A stretch of 54,902 nt of DNA from positions 1 to 54,902 of the IMG/VR virus record IMGVR_UViG_3300020195_000031; one strand, given 5' to 3'. The DNA is from a virus. Lineage: Duplodnaviria; Caudoviricetes. Each line of letters begins with the position of its first letter. Position 1 is the stretch's first letter. Below the pieces are notes generated by a model that searched no databases, was not told where the DNA came from, and saw only the letters and a program-made list of their open reading frames with translations. Made by a program: the position numbers and the translations under genes. Shown here piece after piece: positions 16,681-24,970 of this stretch.

Positions 16681-18993
16681 TTACTTTCCGGCCCAGTTTT
16701 TCAGCTTTTGCTGCCACACCATCTTGATTAGCGGTACTTTTGGCCTGAATGATTCTACACACTCTAGGACATTCGCTTTTACTTGTTCTGAATACTCCGG
16801 TTTTGTAGGAGCCATCAATTCGTCATGAACATTCATCGGTACGACACGCCAATCACTAATGCCTACAGGTTGCACTTTCCATATGGCACACTGTACCGTC
16901 TTAGTGATTTTAGCACCGGGCGATTGAATCTCATGATTCGCCGCAGCACGCATGTTGGCTCCCTGAATGCCGAATGCTGCTGCAATCAACGCCGACATTG
17001 TGGCTCCTGCTGCTGTCTGTTCGCGGCCTTCGCGACGAGTTACCTTTATCTTGAGGTCTTTCCAGTCGTCAGGCACTTTGCTTGCCAAATCGAACAGTGC
17101 TTTGCAAATCTTGTTCTCTAAGGTGAAGTAGCGTCGAAACCCTAGAAACGATTCTACGAAATCTGCCGGATCATGCCAGAAAACTTTTGAACCGATGCCT
17201 GCTGGTTGTCGCATTGAACAAAACGCATCGAAAATTCTTTGTCTTGATTTCTTAACACCGAAGAACCGTTTCATCCACGAAGCTAACGCTGCCAGTGCAA
17301 CCTCTAATGGAATACCGAGCTTATTGACGAGAGTGTTTTCGTCACCGCCGTAGATTGCTTGAAAGACACCTTTCTTGCCTTTGTCATACAAGTCCGGATC
17401 GCAGCCTTTCGATTCCAAAATCTCTTTGTACGTCTTACCGGGAAACAATTCCATTGCGTACATTGCATGAATCTTCTGCGTGATCTTGCCCTTGCCGTTA
17501 CACTCTTTGCAAGCAGGATTCTTTGCTTCGCAGATCGGACATTCAATAATCTTCGTTATCTCTGCACGAAGATTCGGGTCATCGTAGACTGCATCGGCAA
17601 GCACAACCTCAAACGCATCAAAGTCCCCACCATCCAGTTGAAAATCAGGATCAGCAAGAGTGAAGCATTGCCTGACTTCTTTCTTGTGATTGATTCCTTG
17701 TGGATTCAATCCATCTGAACCGGACATACGATTCGAGAGTGTTCCAATCACGACGAAACTGGCGTGGAATCGTCCTGCTTGAATAATCTTATCGTATATT
17801 TCGGTTTCTTTCTTAGCCTTGCGAGCGTCCAAAACAGCTTGTGCTTTTATCGCTGCCGGATGCCCTTCCCATGATGCTATCGTTTCCAGAATCACACGCT
17901 TGGTGCTTATCTCACCTTGGTAATCCTGCATCGCCAACTGTTCAACCTCGTCAAGATCAGGCAGTATCCACCGCTTCACCGATGCCGGGTCTTTCGGAGC
18001 GAGTCTTGATTTTTTAATCGCGTCAGTCTTGAGAGCTTTGATGGCAGGAAGATTAACAGCATAACCACGCCAACGAACAGCACCCACCATGCAAGCGAGA
18101 ATACTGTCATCGTCGGAAGGCTCAGGCTGAAAATGATGATAGAGCTTTCTAGTATAATGCACATCATCAGTTGCGTATTGCTTCGCCAAAGGATTGTAAG
18201 CCCAATGGTCGATATGATGCTGAATAACAGCAGGCCAAGCATAAGTATCTTTCTTTCCTTGCTTGTGGTAGATCGTCCATTTCTTTTCAGGCGTGCTAAG
18301 TGCTAACGCATACGGAGCCCAACCGCACTCATCAGGATAGAAAGCCTTGTCGATTCCAACCTCATCGAATGTAACTACTTCTTCAACGCCTAGAGCGTGT
18401 TGTGCTAACGTCTTTAAGCCGCCGGACGGTTGAAACTTAAGCATCACATCTTTGAAGTCAGGATCAAAACCGCCTTTCTTTTTTCTGTCGTACACTTTCC
18501 AATTGGGAGCAAATCTATCTTTGCGTCTAGCAAAATAGATTCCATCAATCTCGATCCGTTTGCTTAACTCGTCAGCAAGCGGCTGGGCGATTGCTGTTGG
18601 AACCTTACGGATTCTAATATCCTTGCGTTCCATCAAAGATTGATACGGGCCTTTACGAGCATGAAGCATCAAGTCAATTGCACCAGCAGGTTTGAGGCAA
18701 GGCCCCATCCGCCCATGCGGTTCCATCATTGCAATCAATTCAATATTCTCTTCGGGAATGATTTCAGGATCAAGCTGACTGAAAATCGTGTACAATTTGC
18801 ATAGCTGAAAATGGTCAAAAGTTAAATTGAAGCCGACGACTGTTTGAGACATCATCCATTGGATTAGCTCTAATGTCTTACCTACAGGCTCCTGCCAAAC
18901 ATTGTGTAGATTGATTGGGCCATCATCTTCGGCCCATTGAATTAGGACGCACATACCATGCAGTCCACACGTTTCAGTGTCGTAGAAGATCAT
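16681..18993 (-). CDS. polA: family A DNA polymerase with 3'-5' exonuclease
   Basis: ExoI YDTET, ExoII FNLTFD, ExoIII YATDD; motif A DFDAFE, motif B KKGVFQAIYG, motif C VHDE. Confidence 0.93.
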   Translation of the reverse strand: MIFYDTETCGLHGMCVLIQWAEDDGPINLHNVWQEPVGKTLELIQWMMSQTVVGFNLTFDHFQLCKLYTIFSQLDPEIIPEENIELIAMMEPHGRMGPCLKPAGAIDLMLHARKGPYQSLMERKDIRIRKVPTAIAQPLADELSKRIEIDGIYFARRKDRFAPNWKVYDRKKKGGFDPDFKDVMLKFQPSGGLKTLAQHALGVEEVVTFDEVGIDKAFYPDECGWAPYALALSTPEKKWTIYHKQGKKDTYAWPAVIQHHIDHWAYNPLAKQYATDDVHYTRKLYHHFQPEPSDDDSILACMVGAVRWRGYAVNLPAIKALKTDAIKKSRLAPKDPASVKRWILPDLDEVEQLAMQDYQGEISTKRVILETIASWEGHPAAIKAQAVLDARKAKKETEIYDKIIQAGRFHASFVVIGTLSNRMSGSDGLNPQGINHKKEVRQCFTLADPDFQLDGGDFDAFEVVLADAVYDDPNLRAEITKIIECPICEAKNPACKECNGKGKITQKIHAMYAMELFPGKTYKEILESKGCDPDLYDKGKKGVFQAIYGGDENTLVNKLGIPLEVALAALASWMKRFFGVKKSRQRIFDAFCSMRQPAGIGSKVFWHDPADFVESFLGFRRYFTLENKICKALFDLASKVPDDWKDLKIKVTRREGREQTAAGATMSALIAAAFGIQGANMRAAANHEIQSPGAKITKTVQCAIWKVQPVGISDWRVVPMNVHDELMAPTKPEYSEQVKANVLECVESFRPKVPLIKMVWQQKLKNWAGK

Positions 18994-19120
18994 TTTGCCT
19001 CAAGTTCCTTTAACTTGATATATTCGGCGGCTTTGTTTTTCCAAAATTCTGCGTCCGCAACAAGTGCCTCTTTCTCGGTGAGATATTTGCTATCAGATTC
19101 ATACACATCAATAGAAACAT

Positions 19121-19969
19121 TTATTCTCCAACAGTAAGTTCAAGGTAGTCAGGACGCCACGCCTTGATTCTCTCGGTCAATTGAATATCACTAATCGTTC
19201 CAGTCGCCCAAGCGAAACCTGCTGCTAGAAGCAACAGGTGGTCGTCAGGCGGCTCTGTTCCAAGCGGAACCTGCTCCATTACGTGATCCAATAGGATGTT
19301 AATTTCTCCGGATGTTCGTGTTTTCTTATCCGTTTTCTTCGGCGGCTTCCGGCTGATGAAACGATCAACCTTTTCACCACGAGCCTTTGCTTCCTTGATT
19401 GACTTGACAACCGAATACTGTTCTTCGACAGTGGGCAAAGAAGCAATCTTCTTTAGCTCATATTGATTCAAGAATCCAGCACTGGCATCTGCTTGAATCT
19501 CATTCGGCAATTGAAGCAAAGCAAAACGAACCTGCACCCAACTGCTCGACATCTGAATACGCTTTGCAACGTCATCACGAGGAATACCGGCAAGATACAA
19601 AGCCTCAATAGCTTGGGCCTCTTGCAAAATATTCAATTCTTTTCGTTTCAGATTTTCGGAAAGATTGATTACTCTGGCATCAACCTCACGCATATGCGGT
19701 TTGATTTTGCACTCAATCTTCTCCATCTTCAAAATCATATGAGCATATGTTCGCCGAAAACCGGCGATCAGTTTGTATTTAAAACCCGTCTTAGTTCGTT
19801 CTGCGTCATCATAAGGCATGACGACGACGGGTTGATGCAAACCGTGTGCTCGAATATCCTTTGCCAAATCTTCAACGTCCGTCGGAGCTAGCGTCCCACG
19901 ACAGTTGAAATTGTCGTCAATATGGATTTCAGACAGTGGAAGGAATTGTGTTGTTTCTTGATTTTCCAT
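19121..19969 (-). CDS. ParB/Spo0J-like protein 1
   Basis: LAKDIRAHGLHQPV, LIAGFRR, SENLKRKELN and an HTH (DDVAKRIQMSSSWV). Confidence 0.88.
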   Translation of the reverse strand: MENQETTQFLPLSEIHIDDNFNCRGTLAPTDVEDLAKDIRAHGLHQPVVVMPYDDAERTKTGFKYKLIAGFRRTYAHMILKMEKIECKIKPHMREVDARVINLSENLKRKELNILQEAQAIEALYLAGIPRDDVAKRIQMSSSWVQVRFALLQLPNEIQADASAGFLNQYELKKIASLPTVEEQYSVVKSIKEAKARGEKVDRFISRKPPKKTDKKTRTSGEINILLDHVMEQVPLGTEPPDDHLLLLAAGFAWATGTISDIQLTERIKAWRPDYLELTVGE

Positions 19970-19971
19970 TT

Positions 19972-20100
19972 TTACACCTCAAGTTCCTCGTCGGGGCGTT
20001 CATCCTCTAGGATTTCGGAATCATCTTCATCTTCAATTTCTTCCTCATCCTCTCCAAGCGGGTTAGTTTCGTCAGCAATGTCCTCATCGAATTCTTCCAT
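19972..20100 (-). CDS. 42-aa hyperacidic peptide
   Basis: MEEFDEDIADE...EELEV, 25 of 42 residues D/E; AAAGG RBS; stop 2 nt before the parB start. Confidence 0.6.
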   Translation of the reverse strand: MEEFDEDIADETNPLGEDEEEIEDEDDSEILEDERPDEELEV

Positions 20101-20371
20101 TGGAGCCTTTCCGTTTGCCTGCTTCGACAAACTGTGTAATGAATGCGTCAGCCATCGCCTTGTCAGCACCATGCTGGCCAATTTGTTTTGGTTTGAAACG
20201 CATTGCAAACTTGATCGACAGTAGCTTGCTATATGCTGTCAGAATCACGATATCTTGCTGTGACAGCAACGCCTCTGGTTCGATAACCAACGTACAACGA
20301 TACCTTGGATCAATATGCTTTCGCACGATTGTCAGGGCAGCGTAAGCATTTACCAAAGCGATATTATCCAT
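20084..20371 (-). CDS. hypothetical protein
   Basis: TAATG overlap with the helicase stop. Confidence 0.55.
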   Translation of the reverse strand: MDNIALVNAYAALTIVRKHIDPRYRCTLVIEPEALLSQQDIVILTAYSKLLSIKFAMRFKPKQIGQHGADKAMADAFITQFVEAGKRKGSNGRIR

Positions 20372-22290
20372 TATGTTCCTTCATACAATGCTTTGATTTC
20401 ACCGAGTGTAATTGCTTGCAACCCACGCTTTTTCTTAATGTTGTCAAATACATGACGATCCGACGGTAAGTGAAAAGCGTCAATGATTGTAGCACCACGG
20501 TTGATATCCATTCCCATGCGATGGATACGATCTTCCGATTGAATACGATCATCTGCATTGAACGTATTGCTGAAATAATAACTGGACGGTGAAGCGGTAA
20601 GCGTTAGTCCTGTTCCTGATGATGCCGGATGAGCCGACCAACAAAGCTTCGGATGATTCTTAAAATCTTCTTGGAAGATTCTAACTAATTCTTCCGGTTG
20701 TTCCTTAATGATTTCACCATCACCGCCGTGCATTGTCCATTTGCTTTCAGAAACTTGAATCACTCGCCAACCTTCGTGCAAGGCTTTCTTTGTAATGCGA
20801 TGGACAGTACCAGTGAAGCCACCAAAAACGACGAGACGACCAATATCCTCGTGTTCGTCCAACAGATCAATTAAGCCTTCATCCTTGGGCGTGTCAATGA
20901 TAACAGTTTCACGAGCTACCTTATCTTGCCGGCCACTACCTTCGCAGTTAGAACAATCGGTCACTCGTTCTTCTGCACTGATTTCACCAGCTTGAACCGG
21001 ATTACCTTCTGCATTGAGCCATTCTTTGTATTTGCCTGAGCCAAGACAAACCTCGCACTCTTCTGTTTCGCCAGTCTTGTGCATTCGATACTGGAATCCA
21101 TCGCTAAGCTCTCGCAATCGTTCTAACGCTAGGGCGGCATTGCGTGCTGTTTTTGCAATCAATCCGGCTGCTCGCAGAATGGAAGGGGTTGGCTTGTAGA
21201 TCAATTCCCGATATTGTTTCTCAGGAAGATCAAGACATTCCTTTTTGAGTTTGACAATTACCAAACCTTTCATACGTTGATGCAAGATTTCAACCTCATT
21301 CTTGCACGCAACAAAATCATGAAACTTCGATGGATCAGTACACATCGCAGCTTCATGATTATCGTGGCCCTTTAGCTCGCCGCAAAGATTGCATTTGTTG
21401 GTAGCATCTTTCCATGTCGCAATATGCGGAAACTTTCCACCTTGGATTGATTCTTTCTCGACGATAACCGCTAACCGTTCCTTGAATAGATGGATGTTTC
21501 CTTCGATCAAGAATCCCGGTCTTGCAACAAAACATTGATGCCACCAATCGGCAGGACTCTTGGGAGCCGGTGCACCGCATAGCTCGACGACATATGCCTC
21601 ATCGCCCCAATCTTGACGCACGCCTCTTGCTAACTCTCTAGCAGCTTCGGAGCGTTGCGATGACGGATTCTTTAAGCGAGCAGACTCATCGAACACAACC
21701 AACCGTGGAGCCTTCTGACCTTTCCAATCTTTCATGATCTTGACCAGACCTTGAAAGGTAATGAATCTAGGGACAATCTTACTTTTCCACTTGTTGAATT
21801 CTGCCCTCACACTAACCAATGCACTCTTGGGAGCAACGTACCAAAATGATTCTGAATTCAATGGGCCAATATGGTGGGCAGCTTCGATCAGTGTTAGCGT
21901 CTTGCCTGTTCCCATTTCACCAGCAACGATACAACATTTCCGGGTCAGAATATGAGCAGTCATGTCAATCTGATGCTGACGTAACGGAAAGATTGGAGTG
22001 AATGGTTTGAGCGGAGCATCGTAAAGAGCGTATGGATTGCCACCAAGCATACGCTCCAATTGAAACAGATTGTGTTCTGTTATCGGAGCCGACCAAATCT
22101 TTCGTGGAGGTTTTTCAAATCCATGATACTTGCGACCTTCCATCTTCTTGATTTCTTCATTCAACGGTTTCCAGAATCCAAACTTGAAGAAGATGCGGTC
22201 GTTCGCTACGACAAGTGTTCCGGGCTTACGTTGACGACCAACCGTTAGCTTGACTTCGTAGGCGCCCATTGTCAGAGGAATCATGGACAC
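20371..22290 (-). CDS. SNF2-family helicase/ATPase with zinc-finger insertions
   Basis: GEMGTGKT, VFDES, GTGLTLTA, QSEDRIHRMG. Confidence 0.88.
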   Translation of the reverse strand: MSMIPLTMGAYEVKLTVGRQRKPGTLVVANDRIFFKFGFWKPLNEEIKKMEGRKYHGFEKPPRKIWSAPITEHNLFQLERMLGGNPYALYDAPLKPFTPIFPLRQHQIDMTAHILTRKCCIVAGEMGTGKTLTLIEAAHHIGPLNSESFWYVAPKSALVSVRAEFNKWKSKIVPRFITFQGLVKIMKDWKGQKAPRLVVFDESARLKNPSSQRSEAARELARGVRQDWGDEAYVVELCGAPAPKSPADWWHQCFVARPGFLIEGNIHLFKERLAVIVEKESIQGGKFPHIATWKDATNKCNLCGELKGHDNHEAAMCTDPSKFHDFVACKNEVEILHQRMKGLVIVKLKKECLDLPEKQYRELIYKPTPSILRAAGLIAKTARNAALALERLRELSDGFQYRMHKTGETEECEVCLGSGKYKEWLNAEGNPVQAGEISAEERVTDCSNCEGSGRQDKVARETVIIDTPKDEGLIDLLDEHEDIGRLVVFGGFTGTVHRITKKALHEGWRVIQVSESKWTMHGGDGEIIKEQPEELVRIFQEDFKNHPKLCWSAHPASSGTGLTLTASPSSYYFSNTFNADDRIQSEDRIHRMGMDINRGATIIDAFHLPSDRHVFDNIKKKRGLQAITLGEIKALYEGT

Positions 22291-22766
22291 TCCAGTTTGA
22301 ATAAGTCTTTGTTAGCCGGACGCTTCCTACACCTTGGCCAGAGGTATTCTTCGATCTTTAGTTTTTCAAAACAATCGTAGAGTTGATTGCCTATCCAATT
22401 GAGCCTAGCATCAACAGTCCCATTACAAAGAGCTAAGACGATTCGCTTCCACTCTGTAAGCGTCGTCGTTATGATGCAGCTACGGTAGCCGAGAGTCTCC
22501 TCACTTAGCAAGACGTTTTTTGTTTCTGCAATCAATAATGGGACGATATCGCGATCACAAGCAATGAAGAAACCGACGAACATATGGTCAAAGATATTGC
22601 CACAAATGCCAAGACTCTCAAGACTCATCACGTAAGTCCGAGGGTCATTTTGTGTGTATCCTGCATTGTCCGCTTCCTTTGATAGATGCCGACTTAGGTA
22701 TTTTTCACTCAATTGAAGAAGGGGTCTCCAATTGATTTGAGGTAATGAAATCAGTTGAACATCCAT
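22281..22766 (-). CDS. degenerate ThyX-fold protein
   Basis: MDVQLIS, NIFDHMFVGFFI (cf. SPFEH..FTF.I), SCIITTTLTEWKRIVLALC (cf. T.IVVTMN.REW..F..LRC); no RHR motif. Confidence 0.5.
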   Translation of the reverse strand: MDVQLISLPQINWRPLLQLSEKYLSRHLSKEADNAGYTQNDPRTYVMSLESLGICGNIFDHMFVGFFIACDRDIVPLLIAETKNVLLSEETLGYRSCIITTTLTEWKRIVLALCNGTVDARLNWIGNQLYDCFEKLKIEEYLWPRCRKRPANKDLFKLECP

Positions 22767-22769
22767 AAA

Positions 22770-22841
22770 TACATCCGGCAGGACTCGAACCTGCGAATAG
22801 ATAGTACGAGACTATCCGCTTTGCCACTTAGCTACGGATGT
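22770..22841 (-). tRNA. tRNA or tRNA-like element, nominal anticodon UCG, non-canonical loop, no encoded CCA
   Basis: ACATCCG/CGGATGT acceptor stem, TAGCTAAGTGGCAAAGC D-arm, GATAG-TCTCGTA-CTATC anticodon arm, GCAGG-TTCGAGT-CCTGC T-arm. Confidence 0.85.
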
Positions 22842-22845
22842 TCCA

Positions 22846-22877
22846 AAGGGCGTCCGTTTCCGCCGAAACGGACGCCC
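22846..22877 (-). terminator. 13-bp hairpin between the SSB gene and the tRNA
   Basis: GGGCGTCCGTTTC/GAAACGGACGCCC followed by only TTT; weak terminator or processing stem. Confidence 0.55.
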
Positions 22878-22883
22878 AAGCCC

Positions 22884-23549
22884 TTACACGACCCGACCAC
22901 CGGCAGGAGCATCCACCGTCTCAACATCAGACTTCGGAGGAACCTCACGGAATTTGAGGGCAGCCTCTTTAACATCGTCAATCGTCGGAACATCGAGTGC
23001 CTTGGAGCAAGGCGTCACAAGCGGGCCATACCACTTGTACTTGGACTTCGGAGGAGCAATCAGATGGGACTTGAGCGTCGCACCTTTCAGCATCAATTCT
23101 TTCAGATTCGGTGCCTCACGGCGAGCCGTCTTGCTCGACATGAAGTACGTTGCAAACTTTGCAACCTTCGGAATGTAGATCAAGAAACATGGCCCATACA
23201 TGCAGCCAGAATCTTTCACTTCCGACTCCGACATGATCCTTTTGAATTCGATGTCATTCGGGTCTGTTACCGTCGTGACCGTATTGTCAATCACCCGCAT
23301 GGCCATCGGCTGCCAATCCACCGGGATGATATCAACTTCTTCACCGAGCCGGGTGCATTTCTTCTGTGAAACCACACCGTACTCACCTGCACCGATTTGC
23401 TTCTCAGCCACAAGCTGGCTGTTCAACCCGCCAAGAGTCAGATAAGGCAGATAGGCCGACCCTGCGGCCATATCATTGAACACCTTATCATCGTAACGAG
23501 CAGGAAGGAGGGTTTCAAGCTCGCCCATTGGAATCAAGTCAGTTGACAT
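22884..23549 (-). CDS. putative single-stranded DNA-binding protein
   Basis: position in the replication cluster, YLPYLTL..NS, CMYGP..LIY..FATYFM pattern, strong codon bias; function inferred. Confidence 0.5.
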   Translation of the reverse strand: MSTDLIPMGELETLLPARYDDKVFNDMAAGSAYLPYLTLGGLNSQLVAEKQIGAGEYGVVSQKKCTRLGEEVDIIPVDWQPMAMRVIDNTVTTVTDPNDIEFKRIMSESEVKDSGCMYGPCFLIYIPKVAKFATYFMSSKTARREAPNLKELMLKGATLKSHLIAPPKSKYKWYGPLVTPCSKALDVPTIDDVKEAALKFREVPPKSDVETVDAPAGGRVV

Positions 23550-23594
23550 GTCTTTACCTTTTTGTGTTTGTGTTTGTGTTGAAAATCAAAAATT

Positions 23595-23612
23595 TGGCTA
23601 GAAGATATTGAT
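23595..23612. repeat. 18-bp inverted repeat, left copy
   Basis: TGGCTAGAAGATATTGAT is the exact reverse complement of 24686-24703. Confidence 0.9.
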
Positions 23613-23619
23613 TTCCAAA

Positions 23620-24606
23620 TCAAGCCGCTACCGGCTGCTGACCACGCTTGGCATCGAGAGCCTCACGAACGATTCGAGCCTCTTCTTCCTGCTTACGCTT
23701 CCGCTCGGCCTTACGAGCCTCCCTGTCGGAAGTCTCCTTAGCCTTGCGGGTTTCGTAATCAGCCTTCTGCTTGGCGAGCGACGCCTCATCCAGACCGAGA
23801 ACCCACTCAAGAGTTACGCGAGCACCATCTTCGGCATTCTTCGCCTTGGCGTTCTTGAGCAAATCCTTGAGAACGGTGAGATTCACGTACTGTTCACGAA
23901 GCTCCGGCAGCTTACGGAGCCGAGGAATCGCATTGAATTCCTCCGCACCGGGAGCGCGACCAGCACGGCGAGCATCACGGATTTCCTTAGCACGAGCATT
24001 CACCGTCGGTGAAAACTCGGAAGGACTCATCGTCATCGCACGCTCAATGAAGGGAACCTGCTCCTCGGTCGGAAGCTTTGCAAGAGCAAAGGCATTCGAC
24101 ACAATGATTTTGCCTGCATCAACAAGCTTCTGGATATCCTCAGAAAGCTTGAGAAGGCCGAGACGGGAATGAATCCAAGCCGGAGAAACGCACAGATCAG
24201 TAGCAATCTGGGCAACAGTCAGCGTCGGGCTGTTAGCCATCATGCGTTGAAGCTGATGAGTGAATTCAACCGGACGGGTTTCGACTTTGTGCAGGTTGGC
24301 CATGACCTGCATATGCAGGACTTCCTGCTTCTCAACTGATTTCACAATCGCCGGAATCTTCGTAAGGCCAGCGTCCTGCGAAGCGGTGAAACGGTGCAGA
24401 CCGTCGATCAACTCGTAGAATTCCGTGCCACCAGCGTCCTTCATCGGACGGACAGAAATGGCGTTCAGAATACCGCTTTTGCGGATTGAATCAACAAGAC
24501 CCTTGTATTGTTCGGACTCCCGGTTGACACTACGCAAGGCAACTTCGTTTTCACGAATATCCTTGAGAGGAATCAACATTGGTTGCCCTTGATTACCGTC
24601 AGACAT
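23620..24606 (-). CDS. ParB/Spo0J-like protein 2 with charged C-terminal coiled coil
   Basis: LVDSIRKSGILNAISVR, YELIDGLHR, ANL, HTH (QIATDLCVSPAWIHSRLGLLKL). Confidence 0.88.
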   Translation of the reverse strand: MSDGNQGQPMLIPLKDIRENEVALRSVNRESEQYKGLVDSIRKSGILNAISVRPMKDAGGTEFYELIDGLHRFTASQDAGLTKIPAIVKSVEKQEVLHMQVMANLHKVETRPVEFTHQLQRMMANSPTLTVAQIATDLCVSPAWIHSRLGLLKLSEDIQKLVDAGKIIVSNAFALAKLPTEEQVPFIERAMTMSPSEFSPTVNARAKEIRDARRAGRAPGAEEFNAIPRLRKLPELREQYVNLTVLKDLLKNAKAKNAEDGARVTLEWVLGLDEASLAKQKADYETRKAKETSDREARKAERKRKQEEEARIVREALDAKRGQQPVAA

Positions 24607-24685
24607 GTGCAAGCTCCCTGTAGGGTGGTGAATGATGCCAGAATCAAATCGAATTTCTCAGAATCAAATCAATTTGCCGAATTTC

Positions 24686-24703
24686 ATCAATATCTTCTAG
24701 CCA
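24686..24703. repeat. 18-bp inverted repeat, right copy
   Basis: ATCAATATCTTCTAGCCA. Confidence 0.9.
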
Positions 24704-24740
24704 TCATATAATACGCCCATTTCCTACTTTTCTCTAATCG
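24701..24740 (-). promoter_or_regulatory. phage promoter-like motif, copy 1 (leftward replication operon)
   Basis: GATTAGAGAAAAGTAGGAAATGGGCGTATTATATGATGG on the minus strand. Confidence 0.7.
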
Positions 24741-24869
24741 TTCGCCTGATCGCGCGAGCCGGGCAGTTAGTGAATGAGAGGTAACCGGCAAGGCGTATAC
24801 TTTTCCTATTCTCTTTTTCTTTTTGTATACAACTACCTATAACTAAATAACTAACTAACTAAGAAAAAG
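24741..24869. other. candidate replication origin / AT-rich spacer
   Basis: T-tracts, two GTATAC sites and tandem TAAC repeats between divergent motifs, next to the primase-helicase. Confidence 0.35.
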
Positions 24870-24908
24870 GATTAGAGAAAAGTAGGAAATAAGCGTATTA
24901 TATGATGG
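24870..24908 (+). promoter_or_regulatory. phage promoter-like motif, copy 2 (rightward primase operon)
   Basis: GATTAGAGAAAAGTAGGAAATAAGCGTATTATATGATGG, 37/39 identical to copy 1. Confidence 0.7.
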
Positions 24909-24970
24909 AGAGATTGCTGCGTTTCACTCCACTGATTTGATTTTACATTTTGAGTCTAGGAACAATTCAC

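Noticed and set aside
22755-23369. 204-aa plus-strand ORF
   Set aside because: Antisense to the tRNA and SSB gene; includes typical tRNA-antisense translation (QDSNLR, LPLSY).
23563-23580. TGTGTT x3 microrepeat
   Set aside because: Too short for a functional array; most likely an unstructured A/C-rich leader ahead of the SSB RBS.
23595-24703. IS element defined by the 18-bp inverted repeats
   Set aside because: The enclosed gene is ParB-like, not a transposase, and no target-site duplication is evident; kept as a regulatory finding instead.
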